Positions 38,653 through 50,486 of a stretch of DNA of 64,000 bases are shown here, piece after piece. How positions within the stretch are numbered: the first letter of the stretch is position 1; every line of letters starts with the position of its first letter. The position numbers and the translations under genes are program-made. The notes under the pieces are model-generated. The model worked only from the letters and a program-made list of their open reading frames with translations. It had not been told where the DNA came from and did not search any database. Location: the NCBI GenBank assembly GCA_965219445.1, contig CBDCNQ010000002.1:384001-448000 (forward strand), in the 5' to 3' direction. Origin of the DNA: Longimicrobiales bacterium. GTDB lineage: Bacteria; Gemmatimonadota; Gemmatimonadetes; Longimicrobiales; Gaopeijiaceae.

Positions 38653-39426
38653 ATGAGCAGTCGCGTTTTAGGCATTGTCCCGGCGCGGCTGGCGTCTACC
38701 CGCCTCCCCAACAAACCCCTCTATCCTCTTCTCGGCAGGCCCCTCATCGAGTGGGTCTGGCACCGTGTCGAAAACATGGGCGTCTTGGACCACGCGGTCG
38801 TCGCTACCGACAGCGAGGAGGTCGCCGAAGTTTGCCGATCGTTCGGTGCGCCGGTGGAGATGACCTCCGCTCGGCATCCCTCGGGTACGGACCGTGTGGC
38901 CGAGGTCGCGGCACGCCCCTCGTTCCACGGATACGACGTCATCGCCAATATTCAGGGTGATGAACCGTTGCTCCAGGAGCTCCACTTGGAAGCGGCTATT
39001 TCACTGGTCCGTGACGACCACTGGGAGATCGGCACATGCGCCACGCCGCTCCTCGATCGCGAGGCCCGACGGGATCCCTCGGTGGTCAAGGTCGTCCGGG
39101 CAGCCGGTGGGCGAGCCCTGTATTTTTCCCGGGCACCCATTCCGTACCAGCATGAAGGGAAGCCCTCGACGGAGGATCTGGGGCGCGAACCCTTCCTACG
39201 ACATATCGGAATTTACGCGTTTTCGCGGGATGCCCTGGCACGGTGGGTGGCGATCGCGCCGTCACCCCTCGAACGCTTGGAGAGCCTGGAGCAGTTGCGG
39301 CCACTCGAAGCCGGCATGCGCATCGGAGTCACCGTCGTGGGAGCGGCGGATCATGGAGTCGATACGCCCGCCGATGTCGTACGCATGGAGAATGCGTTGG
39401 CCGGAACTGAAACCCTTAGTGTTTAG
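38653..39426 (+). CDS. kdsB: CMP-Kdo synthetase
   Basis: PARLASTRLPNKPL, HPSGTDR, NIQGDEP, LEQLR.LE. Confidence 0.95.
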   Translation: MSSRVLGIVPARLASTRLPNKPLYPLLGRPLIEWVWHRVENMGVLDHAVVATDSEEVAEVCRSFGAPVEMTSARHPSGTDRVAEVAARPSFHGYDVIANIQGDEPLLQELHLEAAISLVRDDHWEIGTCATPLLDREARRDPSVVKVVRAAGGRALYFSRAPIPYQHEGKPSTEDLGREPFLRHIGIYAFSRDALARWVAIAPSPLERLESLEQLRPLEAGMRIGVTVVGAADHGVDTPADVVRMENALAGTETLSV

Positions 39427-41090
<1,664 letters not shown>

Positions 41091-41091
<1 letters not shown>

Positions 41092-41906
41092 TGCTCGACC
41101 GCTTCACGTTGATCGCCGGTCCTTGCGTTCTCGAAGATGATGGCCTCAACGTGGAGATCGGCCGACAGTTGGCTTGGCTTTCGTCCGCCGTGGGACTGCC
41201 CGTCGTGTTCAAGGCCTCTTTTGACAAAGCGAACCGCTCGAAAGCCGACTCACTTCGGGGCCCCGGCCTGGACCGCGGGCTCGAGCAATTGCGGCATGTG
41301 AAGAAGGAGACCGGTCTTCCGATCCTCACGGACGTCCATGAAGTTGATCAGGCGGCGGCGGCGGCGCGGGTCGCGGATATCCTTCAAATTCCTGCGTTTC
41401 TCTGTCGCCAGACCGACTTGATCCGCGCGGCGGGGGAGACGGGGAAGATCATCAACATCAAGAAGGGCCAGTGGATGACGCCAGAAGACATGCTCGGCGC
41501 GGTGGAGAAAGCCCGAGAGGCTGGGGCGCCAAGCGTGACGGTAACCGAGCGGGGCACATTTTTCGGATATGGAGACCTGATTGTCGACATGCGTTCGTTT
41601 CAGCGAATACGCACTGCGTGTGGGGTCTCCGTCATCTTCGACGGCACCCACTCTGTCCAGCGGCCGGGCCGCGCTTCCGGATCCAGCGGTGGTGATCCGG
41701 AATTTGTCCTGCCCCTCGTGCGCGCCTCCGTCGCCGCCGGGTGTGACGGCCTGTTCCTCGAGGTTCATCCGGATCCAGGGAGCGCCCCGTCCGATGGCGC
41801 CACGATGCTCCCACTGGACCACCTGAAGCCTCTCCTGGAGCAAGTCATCGCGATTCGAGCGGCCGTGGCCGAGGTCGCCCCCGGGGTTCCTGCTCCCGCC
41901 GGCTGA
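41091..41906 (+). CDS. kdsA: Kdo-8-phosphate synthase
   Basis: IAGPCVLE, KASFDKANRS, QIPAFLCRQTDL, FDGTHSVQ. Confidence 0.95.
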
Positions 41907-41912
41907 CGACCC

Positions 41913-42482
41913 ATGGCCGGTCCGTCAGGGGACATCGATCCCCAAGTAGCGGGTCGCATACGGCTGGTCGTACTGGATGTGGATGGTGTCCTGACCGACG
42001 GTAGTGTCTACGTCGGCGCCCGGCCCGGCCAAGAGGCGATAGAACTCAAGCGCTTCGACATTCAGGATGGTTTGGGGATCAAGATGCTCCGCTGGGCGGG
42101 GATCGAGGTTGCCATCGTTTCGGGACGGGTCTCGGAGGCCACGGTGTGGCGCGCGCAAGAACTCGGGGTCGATGAGTGCCACCAAGACCCGGAGGCCAAG
42201 AAGCTACCGGTCGTCCAGAAACTGCTGGATGACCGCGGTCTCGGCTGGGAGGAGACCGCCATGGTAGGGGATGATTTGGCGGATCTTCCGGTTCTGAAGC
42301 GAGTCGCCCTCCCGGTCGCCGTCGCGAACGCCGTGCCGGAGGTCCATGCCGTGTCTCGCTGGACTACGGGGTCCTCCGGGGGGGATGGCGCCGTTCGAGA
42401 GTTTGCACGGGAATTGCTGACGGCGCGAGGAGAGTGGGACAAATTAGTTCAGGAGTATTTTAGAACCCGTTCCGAGAAATGA
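41913..42482 (+). CDS. kdsC: Kdo-8-phosphate phosphatase
   Basis: DVDGVLTDG, DGLGI, GDDLADLP, GG.GAVRE. Confidence 0.9.
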   Translation: MAGPSGDIDPQVAGRIRLVVLDVDGVLTDGSVYVGARPGQEAIELKRFDIQDGLGIKMLRWAGIEVAIVSGRVSEATVWRAQELGVDECHQDPEAKKLPVVQKLLDDRGLGWEETAMVGDDLADLPVLKRVALPVAVANAVPEVHAVSRWTTGSSGGDGAVREFARELLTARGEWDKLVQEYFRTRSEK

Positions 42483-42642
42483 CGTGTTGGACGGCTTGAA
42501 AAGTGTCCGGCCCGCTGGGACGAAAGCCCACACGGCGGGTAGACAAGATGATTGGTCGCGCGGAAGTATCCCGAGTTCGGCTTGGAGGTCGTGTCGTCGG
42601 GGTCGGACATCTGAATGAATTTATGAGGTCAGGGACTCTATA

Positions 42643-43197
42643 GTGTTTATCAGTAGGCGTTTATGTGTGCAGATTTTGGCCGTCGGGCTCCTGTCGACGG
42701 CGTGCACGGAAGAACCCCCCAGGATGGTGGTCGATCCGGACCTGGAAGCCATGCAGGCCGACTACATCCTCTTCGGACTCACGGATAATGTGACCCGCGA
42801 GGGGATACGGGAGTTTGTCCTGGAGGCAGACACGGCCCTGGTTTTTCAAGACTCCACGATAGTCCTGCTTCGCGGAAACGTGACGTTGACGGCATACAAC
42901 GAGGAGCTCGGCACCGAGAAGGCGGTCGTGACCTCCGACCGGGGCCGGCTGGACAAGGGCTCGAACGAAATGTTGGCCGAAGGAAATGCGGTCCTGCTCA
43001 TCCGAGCGGATGGCCGGAGAATCGAGAGTTACGAGCTACGGTACTCGCCTTATGACCGATCGATCCGAAGCGACTCCGCCGTGGTGATGTACGACGGGGA
43101 CGACGTGGTGGAGGGCACGCGCTTCAACTCGGACCTGGACTTTGAGCAGGTCATCATTCAGAACGCTCGCACGCACGGAGGGACGGTCCGCTTCTGA
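42643..43197 (+). CDS. lptC: LPS export periplasmic protein LptC
   Basis: Beta-jellyroll-like sequence; position between kdsC and lptA/lptB. Confidence 0.75.
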   Translation: MFISRRLCVQILAVGLLSTACTEEPPRMVVDPDLEAMQADYILFGLTDNVTREGIREFVLEADTALVFQDSTIVLLRGNVTLTAYNEELGTEKAVVTSDRGRLDKGSNEMLAEGNAVLLIRADGRRIESYELRYSPYDRSIRSDSAVVMYDGDDVVEGTRFNSDLDFEQVIIQNARTHGGTVRF

Positions 43198-44798
43198 TGT
43201 CCAGCCGGGCCCTTCGCCTCCCTCTGGTGGGTCTCGCCGTTCTGTTCACGGGGATGGAGGCGGCCGGGCAGGAGGCGTCCTGTGACCTCAGCAGTTCACG
43301 TCGGGTCGTATCGACCCAGACGAATCAGGCGCGCGTCAGCTATGTCACCTCTCCCCGATTCGATTGTACCGACGGCACGGGCATCGAAGCGGACAGTTCT
43401 GTCACGTTCGAGGCCACGTCCTTCACCCAGCTCTTCGGCAACGTGATATTCCGAGACGGGCGAAGGGAATTGCTTGCCGACCGGGCACAGTACTTCAACC
43501 TCGTGGGCCGTCTCCAAGCTCAGGGCAACGTTCGGCTGACGAACTACGAGGACGGTTCCTCGCTGGCCGGCGAGGATCTCGTCCTTCTCCAAGAGGGCGA
43601 CGATCGAGCCGAGGAGGTCGTGACTGTGCGGGAGGGCCGGCCTCACGCCCGCCTCGTTCCAAAGGTGGCCCCGGACTCGACGACCATGGAGGGCTCGCCC
43701 GGGACCTCTCAACCGGAGAGGGTGGAGGGTGCGGCGCCTTACGAGGTCGATGCGGACCTGATCCACTTGGTGGGCGATCGCCTGTTCCAGGCACGGGGAC
43801 GCGTGGAGGTCACTCACGAATCCTTGCAGTCATACGGCGATTCGTTGGAATTTCAACAGGACATCGGGTGGCTGACGTTCTTCGACAACGCACGTGTTCT
43901 TTCTCAGGATACGGTGTCGGGGGACACACTGGACGTTCGAGGAGACACGATCACGATGGACGTGCCCGGCGATCAGATAGAGGAGATGGAAGCACGAGGC
44001 CGTGCACAGCTGCTGGCCGAGAACGTGGATATGCGAGGACCGAGGATTCGCCTCGTCTTCGAAGACGACGAGTTGGCACGGGTGTTCGCCGTTCGAGGGG
44101 CCGCCGAAGAGGCTCCCGCTCCTGTGATCGGGGGGCCGGACCAAACCCCTTCGCCTGCCAATCCGGTCCAGCCCCAGGCGGTGGCCCAGGACTTTGTCCT
44201 GACCGGTGACTCCATCGAGGCCGACTTCCTGGAGGGCGGGTTGGAGCGGGTAGTCTCCACTGGGGCCGCCCGCGGCGTATCGACCGCAAGGGACTCACTC
44301 AACACGGATGCCACTGACGAGCTGATCCGGTCCGACTGGATCGAGGGCGACACCATCACGGCGACCTTCCAACCGGCTTCGGCGGATCCCGGTGATCCCC
44401 CCACAGATGGACCGGAGGACGCAGAGCCGCGGAGGCGGGAGATGGACCTGCTTGTCGCGCGTGGTCAGGCGCGTAGCTTTTACCGGTCGGCCCCGGATTC
44501 GGCGGCCGCGGGCGTAGAAACAGGACCTCGGGCGCTCGAGCTCAACTACGTCATCGGCGATGAGGTGCGTCTCTACATGAAGGATGGCGAGGTCGAGCGA
44601 ATGGAGGTGGACGATCCTACGGGAGTCTACCTGCAGCCGACACGCCAAGGGGCACCGGCGGCCCAGCCCCCCGATTCGGTGGGCGCGACTCCTGGATCCT
44701 CGGGGGCGGATGACGCACCTCCCGCAGCCCCCGCGGCGGATGATGTGCCGCCAGCGGGCGGCGATGGGCCACCGGGTGGGAATGGAAGTACACGGTGA
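43197..44798 (+). CDS. OstA/LptA-like extended periplasmic protein
   Basis: Signal peptide, repeated GDS/GDTI beta-strand units, position before lptB. Confidence 0.7.
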   Translation: MSSRALRLPLVGLAVLFTGMEAAGQEASCDLSSSRRVVSTQTNQARVSYVTSPRFDCTDGTGIEADSSVTFEATSFTQLFGNVIFRDGRRELLADRAQYFNLVGRLQAQGNVRLTNYEDGSSLAGEDLVLLQEGDDRAEEVVTVREGRPHARLVPKVAPDSTTMEGSPGTSQPERVEGAAPYEVDADLIHLVGDRLFQARGRVEVTHESLQSYGDSLEFQQDIGWLTFFDNARVLSQDTVSGDTLDVRGDTITMDVPGDQIEEMEARGRAQLLAENVDMRGPRIRLVFEDDELARVFAVRGAAEEAPAPVIGGPDQTPSPANPVQPQAVAQDFVLTGDSIEADFLEGGLERVVSTGAARGVSTARDSLNTDATDELIRSDWIEGDTITATFQPASADPGDPPTDGPEDAEPRRREMDLLVARGQARSFYRSAPDSAAAGVETGPRALELNYVIGDEVRLYMKDGEVERMEVDDPTGVYLQPTRQGAPAAQPPDSVGATPGSSGADDAPPAAPAADDVPPAGGDGPPGGNGSTR

Positions 44799-45649
44799 GT
44801 GACCTCGTCTCGGGACCCGAGCCGGAGGAGGGTATCGAGGGGCTATCGTCACCGGCCGGGCCTGCTACGGACCTCGAGGTGCCGAGCCGCCTCTGGGGTG
44901 AGTCCCTGACGAAGGTTTACCGGAAGCGGCGCGTCGTGGACGATATCGCCATCTCCGTGACCCAGGGTGAGATCGTCGGCTTGTTGGGTCCGAACGGAGC
45001 AGGGAAAACCACCACGTTTTACATGATCGTGGGACTGATTCCGCCCGATCGCGGCCAAGTATTCCTCGACGAAGAAGACTTGACCGATGTCCCGATGTAC
45101 CGGCGAGCTCGTAAGGGCTTGGGGTATTTGGCCCAGGAACCCTCCGTCTTCAGGAAGCTCACGGTCGAACAAAATGTGAAGGCGATCTTGGAAACCATGA
45201 ACCTCTCCAAGGAGGAGGAAGCGGCACGCCTCGAGCAATTACTGGAAGAGCTTTCCCTCACCGCCCTACGAGGGAACAGGGCGTATTCGCTTTCGGGAGG
45301 GGAGCGAAGACGTCTCGAGATCACCCGGGCCCTAGTGCAGCAGCCCAAATTCATGCTTCTGGACGAGCCATTTGCTGGCATCGACCCCATCGCGGTTCAC
45401 GACATCCAGGACATCGTGGGCTCCCTCAAGGGACGGGGCATAGGCGTCATCATCTCCGACCACAATGTTGAACAAACCCTGGAGATCGTCGATCGTGCGT
45501 ACATTATGTATGAGGGGCAGATTCGCATCAGTGGCACTGTTTCCGAACTGGTGTGGGACGACGAGGTGGCAAGAATCTACCTGGGCCCCGCGCTGACCGA
45601 GCGAATGAGGGGCCGGTTCGGGAGGCATCGCGGTGGAGAGGCGGTGTAG
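44795..45649 (+). CDS. lptB: LPS export ABC ATPase
   Basis: [40 protein letters not shown]. Confidence 0.95.
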   Translation: MSDLVSGPEPEEGIEGLSSPAGPATDLEVPSRLWGESLTKVYRKRRVVDDIAISVTQGEIVGLLGPNGAGKTTTFYMIVGLIPPDRGQVFLDEEDLTDVPMYRRARKGLGYLAQEPSVFRKLTVEQNVKAILETMNLSKEEEAARLEQLLEELSLTALRGNRAYSLSGGERRRLEITRALVQQPKFMLLDEPFAGIDPIAVHDIQDIVGSLKGRGIGVIISDHNVEQTLEIVDRAYIMYEGQIRISGTVSELVWDDEVARIYLGPALTERMRGRFGRHRGGEAV

Positions 45650-45696
45650 CGGCATAGGTTCCAGGCATAAGGGAGTTCAGGGCAACCGAAAATTTC

Positions 45697-47193
45697 ATGA
45701 GCGGATTCAGCACCAAGCTCTACCAGAGCCAGCAGCTCCGCCAGGAGATGAAGATCAATCCACGCCTGTATCAGGCGATGGAGTTGCTCTATATGCCCCT
45801 ACTCGACCTGCAACAGCATCTCAAGGGGGAGTTGGAGGAAAATCCGTTCCTCGAGATGACCGAGGCGGACGTCGAGGATGAGGTAGAACTCAAGGAAGAG
45901 GGCAAAGACGATCCGCCCGATGACGAGATCGACTGGGAAGCGATCCTTCTGGACGGTTTCGAGGTGGGTGGGCGTCGCGAGCAGTTCGAGCCGGTGGAGC
46001 TGTATCAACGAGCACCCGTCGAGACGACGGATCTCCGGGATCACCTTTACGGCCAACTCCGGCTCCTTGACCTCACCGAGCGTGAGGCGCGCCTCGGAGA
46101 GGAGATCATTGGGAACGTAAACGACGCCGGTACGTTGACGTGCGAACTCGATGACGTCGTGAAGGGGGTGAATGCGTGGTTGGAGGATGTGCGTCCGACT
46201 GCGCAGAAAGAGATCGACGCCCTCGATGACTCGGAGGAGGCCCAGGCGGAGTTGGATGCGATGTTCGAGCCGTACAGCCTGCCCGAGGCGGAGGCGATGC
46301 TCAGAAAGGTTCAGGCCTTCGATCCGCCGGGCGTAGCCGGGCGAGATCTTCGGGAATCTATCCTGATTCAGCTGCGGATTCTTGGGAGGTGCGAATCGCT
46401 AACTTATGAGATCGCCGAGAGCCACTTCGACGATCTGGTCAACCATCGCTGGGCCGAGGTTGCGAGAGAGCTGAGCCTCAAGCCCCTTGACATCCAGAGC
46501 GTAGCCGACGAGATCGCCAAGCTCGATCCCAAGCCCGGTATGAAGTATTCGGCGGACCCCGAGCGATACATCGTGCCCGATCTGATCGTCGAAAAAATTG
46601 ACGGCGAGTACATGGTTTTCGTCAACGACACGAGCCTCCCCCGGCTCCGGATCGCGCAGTCCTACCAGGGCTTGGTGCAGAACAAGGCGCTCTTCAAGGG
46701 CGAAAACAAGGAATTCATCTCGAGAAAGCTCAACTCGGCGAACTGGATCATTCAGGCGATCGAACAGCGGCGCCAGACGATGTTGAAGGTCATGGCGTTC
46801 ATCGTCGACCGGCAGCGTGAGTTCTTCGAGCATGGTGTCCAGCATTTGAGACCGCTGACGCTCCGGGAAGTCGCCGATCACATCGAGATGCATGAGTCGA
46901 CCGTGTCGAGGGTCACGAATGAAAAATTCGTGCAGACTCCGCGCGGGGTGTTTCCGCTGAAATACTTCTTTTCGAGTGGCTTGGCGACGACCAGCGGCGA
47001 AGACATCTCAGCGAGGGGAGTCCGGGACAAAATCCAGAAGCTCGTCGAAGAAGAAGATGTCCATAAGCCCCTGACGGACCAGAAGCTCGTTGAACTGCTC
47101 AAGACCGACGGAGTCAAGATCGCACGAAGAACGGTCGCGAAGTACCGGGATCAGCTCGGTCTTCTTCCCGCCCGTATGCGAAAGCGGGTTTGA
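45697..47193 (+). CDS. rpoN: RNA polymerase sigma-54 factor
   Basis: HESTVSRVT HTH and RpoN box ARRTVAKYR. Confidence 0.97.
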   Translation: MSGFSTKLYQSQQLRQEMKINPRLYQAMELLYMPLLDLQQHLKGELEENPFLEMTEADVEDEVELKEEGKDDPPDDEIDWEAILLDGFEVGGRREQFEPVELYQRAPVETTDLRDHLYGQLRLLDLTEREARLGEEIIGNVNDAGTLTCELDDVVKGVNAWLEDVRPTAQKEIDALDDSEEAQAELDAMFEPYSLPEAEAMLRKVQAFDPPGVAGRDLRESILIQLRILGRCESLTYEIAESHFDDLVNHRWAEVARELSLKPLDIQSVADEIAKLDPKPGMKYSADPERYIVPDLIVEKIDGEYMVFVNDTSLPRLRIAQSYQGLVQNKALFKGENKEFISRKLNSANWIIQAIEQRRQTMLKVMAFIVDRQREFFEHGVQHLRPLTLREVADHIEMHESTVSRVTNEKFVQTPRGVFPLKYFFSSGLATTSGEDISARGVRDKIQKLVEEEDVHKPLTDQKLVELLKTDGVKIARRTVAKYRDQLGLLPARMRKRV

Positions 47194-48155
47194 TGGAGCT
47201 GTCGGCTCTGGCGCGTGAAGCCGCTGGGGGCCTGACCGCTGAGGCTCGACGTGACTTTGCGCTCGTCATCCCGGCTTTCAACGAGGCTCCCGTCGTTCCG
47301 GCGCTGATCTCCGAACTCCGTGCCGCGTTCGAATGCCACGATCTGAGTGGCGAAATCGTGTTCGTGGATGATGGCTCCACGGACGGGACCGCTGATCTAG
47401 TGGAAAAGGAAGCCAGGGGCTGGCCTCTCTTGAAGGTCGTGGGCCATCCGACGAACCTCGGTAAGACCGAGGCGATTCTCACCGCGGCCCGCTCCACGGA
47501 GCGGACCTATCTCGTTCTGTTCGACGCGGATCTCCAGCACCTGCCCGACCAGATTCCGCGCTTTCTCGAGAGGCTCCACGCCGGATGGGATATCGTGACT
47601 GGGCGAAAAATCGGGTCTTACGACAAGCGGGTGGTCTCATCGTTCTACAATGCGCTGAGCCGTCGGATTTTCCGAGTTCCCGTGTCGGACCTGAACTCGA
47701 TGAAGGGATTTCGGCGAGACATTCTAAAGGAGATGTCCCTGAGACACGACTGGCATCGTTTTTTCGTCGTGCTCGCTCATGCCCGTGGGTATTCGGTGAG
47801 TGAGATCGACATCGAGCTTCATCCCCGCCGGGCGGGGGCCTCGAAGTACACGGGGCTGTTCCGAATCGGGGTCGGCGTCGTCGACCTGATTTCGGTGTGG
47901 TTCCTGCTCCTGTTTTCCCGAAAGCCGTTGATCCTCTTTGGGTTCAGTGGAATGGCGCTGATCACTCTGGGCATGATCGTCGGTGCGGTGGCATTCTACC
48001 TTCGCTTTGTAGAGGGCCTCGGCTTCAGACCACTTCTTTACCTTGTGATCCTTCTCGAGACCGTGGGATTCCTGCTGTTCGGTTTCGGGTTGGTCGCGGA
48101 GATGATCGCTCAATTGAGAGAAGAGGTGGACTCCCTCAGGCGCGGGGATCGTTGA
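47193..48155 (+). CDS. GT2 polyprenyl-phosphate glycosyltransferase (ArnC-like)
   Basis: IPAFNEA, VDDGSTDGT, DADLQ, two C-terminal TM helices. Confidence 0.85.
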   Translation: MELSALAREAAGGLTAEARRDFALVIPAFNEAPVVPALISELRAAFECHDLSGEIVFVDDGSTDGTADLVEKEARGWPLLKVVGHPTNLGKTEAILTAARSTERTYLVLFDADLQHLPDQIPRFLERLHAGWDIVTGRKIGSYDKRVVSSFYNALSRRIFRVPVSDLNSMKGFRRDILKEMSLRHDWHRFFVVLAHARGYSVSEIDIELHPRRAGASKYTGLFRIGVGVVDLISVWFLLLFSRKPLILFGFSGMALITLGMIVGAVAFYLRFVEGLGFRPLLYLVILLETVGFLLFGFGLVAEMIAQLREEVDSLRRGDR

Positions 48156-49324
48156 CGACTTCCAAAAACTCTCCGCCTCGTATCCTGGTGGTGGTCGGAA
48201 CCCGGCCCGAGGCCATCAAAATGGCCCCCGTGGTGGCGGCTCTGAGGCAGAGGCCGAGCTTGGAGAGTCGGCTGGTGCTCACGGGCCAGCACGGAGGTCT
48301 CGTAGACCAGATTCTCGATGCCCTCGATCTCCGTCCCGACTACGATCTGGGGATCATGCAGGAGGGGCAAAGCCTCTACGACGTCGCTCAGGGGTGTCTT
48401 CAGGAGCTCAGCGGTGTGGTGGGGGAGTACCGGCCCGACCTGCTTCTTGCTCAGGGAGACACCGCGACAGTGTTCTTTTCGTCCCTCGTGGCGTTCTTCG
48501 AGAAGACCCGGGTGGGGCACGTCGAGGCCGGGCTCCGTTCCGGTGATAAGTGGGCGCCGTTTCCCGAGGAGATCTTTAGGCGTCTTACGGATGTCATCAC
48601 CGATCTCCACTTCGCTCCGACGTACGCGGCTCGTGCCAAGCTCTTGGCCGAAGGATTCGAGCCCTCATATGTCTACGTCACGGGGAACACGGTCGTGGAT
48701 TCCCTAATGCGGATGGCGTCTATGGAGGAGAAGGCGGAAGCGCCGCTCTTGAGGTCGATCTTGGAGGACAAGCGCAGTCGGCTCGTACTGTTGACTGCAC
48801 ATCGGAGGGAATCCTTCGGCCACCCGCTCAGGGACATATTCCACGGCGTCCGGAGACTGGTCGACGAGCACGACGACGTCCGCCTGCTCTATCCGGTCCA
48901 TCCGAATCCCAACGTGGTCGAGCCTGCGCAAGAATTGCTCAGCGACCATCCTCGGATCGATCTGGTCGAGCCCCTGGGCTACAAGGACCTGGTCTTGGCG
49001 CTGAAAGGCGCGCATCTGGTATTGACGGATTCCGGTGGAATCCAGGAGGAGGCGCCGACGTTCGGGACGCCGGTACTCGTACTCAGGAGGGTCACCGAAC
49101 GGCCGGAAGGTGTCGAGGCGGGTGTCGCCGTCCTGGTCGGAACCGATTCGGAAAAGATCCTCGAGGAGGGTAGCCGAATCCTCTCGGGAGGTCACGACGA
49201 AGCGCTGCCCGCGTCGTTCCCCAACCCGTATGGTGACGGTAGGGCAGGGGAGCGGATCGTGGACATCGTATCGTCGGTGCTCATGGGGACTTCGCGTGCG
49301 ACGGTGGACTGGGCCGGGCCATGA
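48152..49324 (+). CDS. wecB: UDP-N-acetylglucosamine 2-epimerase
   Basis: GTRPEAIKMAP, HVEAGLRS, TDSGGIQEEAP, NPYGDG. Confidence 0.95.
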   Translation: MTTSKNSPPRILVVVGTRPEAIKMAPVVAALRQRPSLESRLVLTGQHGGLVDQILDALDLRPDYDLGIMQEGQSLYDVAQGCLQELSGVVGEYRPDLLLAQGDTATVFFSSLVAFFEKTRVGHVEAGLRSGDKWAPFPEEIFRRLTDVITDLHFAPTYAARAKLLAEGFEPSYVYVTGNTVVDSLMRMASMEEKAEAPLLRSILEDKRSRLVLLTAHRRESFGHPLRDIFHGVRRLVDEHDDVRLLYPVHPNPNVVEPAQELLSDHPRIDLVEPLGYKDLVLALKGAHLVLTDSGGIQEEAPTFGTPVLVLRRVTERPEGVEAGVAVLVGTDSEKILEEGSRILSGGHDEALPASFPNPYGDGRAGERIVDIVSSVLMGTSRATVDWAGP

Positions 49325-49343
49325 ACGTGGACTGCGCTGAACG

Positions 49344-50486
49344 ATGAACGTGGCGATGCACTGCCTATACTTCCCTCCCGAAGTGGGCGGGCTGGAGAGC
49401 CATGTCTACTACCTCTGCAGGGGCCTCGTACGCAGTGGTTGTCGCGTGTCGGTCGTTACATCCCTTTCGAAACCGGGGCTGCCGGCTCACGAAGTCCTGG
49501 ACGGTATCGACGTCTGGAGGACCTGGCTGCCTGGGCGAAATTCGGTCGGATGGGCCGCGCACGGGGGGTGCTCAACACCGAGGCTGGCTTGGGTCGCTCA
49601 TAAGGCGGACGTGGTGCACGCGCAGGCCTTCCAGTCGGTGTCGCCCGGAGTCGTGGCCAAGACGGCCAATCGGATTCCTTTGGTCTCGACGTGGCACACC
49701 TCGCACTTCCTCACCAGAACGGACAGTCCCTTCTGGAGGCCGATCTTTAAGCGCCTTCTCAAGTGGTCCGACTACAACCTTGCCGCGAGTGCAGAGATCG
49801 CCGAGATGGCGGAAGGGCTCGCACCCGGCGTTTCGGTAGAGGCGCTGACCAATGGCGTGGAGACGGGCATTTTTCGCCGCTGTGAGCCATCGCTCCCTGC
49901 CACGAAGCGTCGCCGGGTCATCGTGCCGAGGCGCCTCTTCGAGAAGAATGGTGTCGAATTCTTCCTTCGGGCGATGCCGTTGATCGCCGAGCGGGTGAAT
50001 GTCGAAGCCGTGATCGTCGGGGATGGGCCTGAGCGAGAGAACCTCGAAGTGTTGGTGGCCAGCCTTGAATTGGGGGACCGCGTCGAGTTCCTGGGCCAGC
50101 GCAGCCATGACGCGATGCCGGGCCTCTTGAGTTCCGCGGAGTTGGCCGTGTTTCCATCCCTGATGGAAGCCACGTCCGTAGCGGCTCTCGAGTCGATGGC
50201 GTGCGAGTTGCCCGTTGCTGCTTCGAACGTGGGCGGACTACCCGAGATTATCAACGGCGAAGTGGGGGCGCTCTTCGAGGCGGGCAACCCCACGGCACTC
50301 GCTGCCGCCGTAACCTCACTTTTCGAACGCGACGACCTCCGAGCGCTGGGTGCGGCGGCCCGATCCAGGGTGGTGGAGCGATGGAGCAACGCTCGCCTCG
50401 TGGAGCGGCATCTGGAAGTGTACCAGGGTCTCATTGGCAGGGGACGGAAGCACGTAGGACACCCTTCAGGGGAGAGCGGAAGCTAG
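49344..50486 (+). CDS. GT4 glycosyltransferase
   Basis: PEVGGLE, PSLMEA....LESMAC..PV.ASNVGGLPEI. Confidence 0.88.
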   Translation: MNVAMHCLYFPPEVGGLESHVYYLCRGLVRSGCRVSVVTSLSKPGLPAHEVLDGIDVWRTWLPGRNSVGWAAHGGCSTPRLAWVAHKADVVHAQAFQSVSPGVVAKTANRIPLVSTWHTSHFLTRTDSPFWRPIFKRLLKWSDYNLAASAEIAEMAEGLAPGVSVEALTNGVETGIFRRCEPSLPATKRRRVIVPRRLFEKNGVEFFLRAMPLIAERVNVEAVIVGDGPERENLEVLVASLELGDRVEFLGQRSHDAMPGLLSSAELAVFPSLMEATSVAALESMACELPVAASNVGGLPEIINGEVGALFEAGNPTALAAAVTSLFERDDLRALGAAARSRVVERWSNARLVERHLEVYQGLIGRGRKHVGHPSGESGS

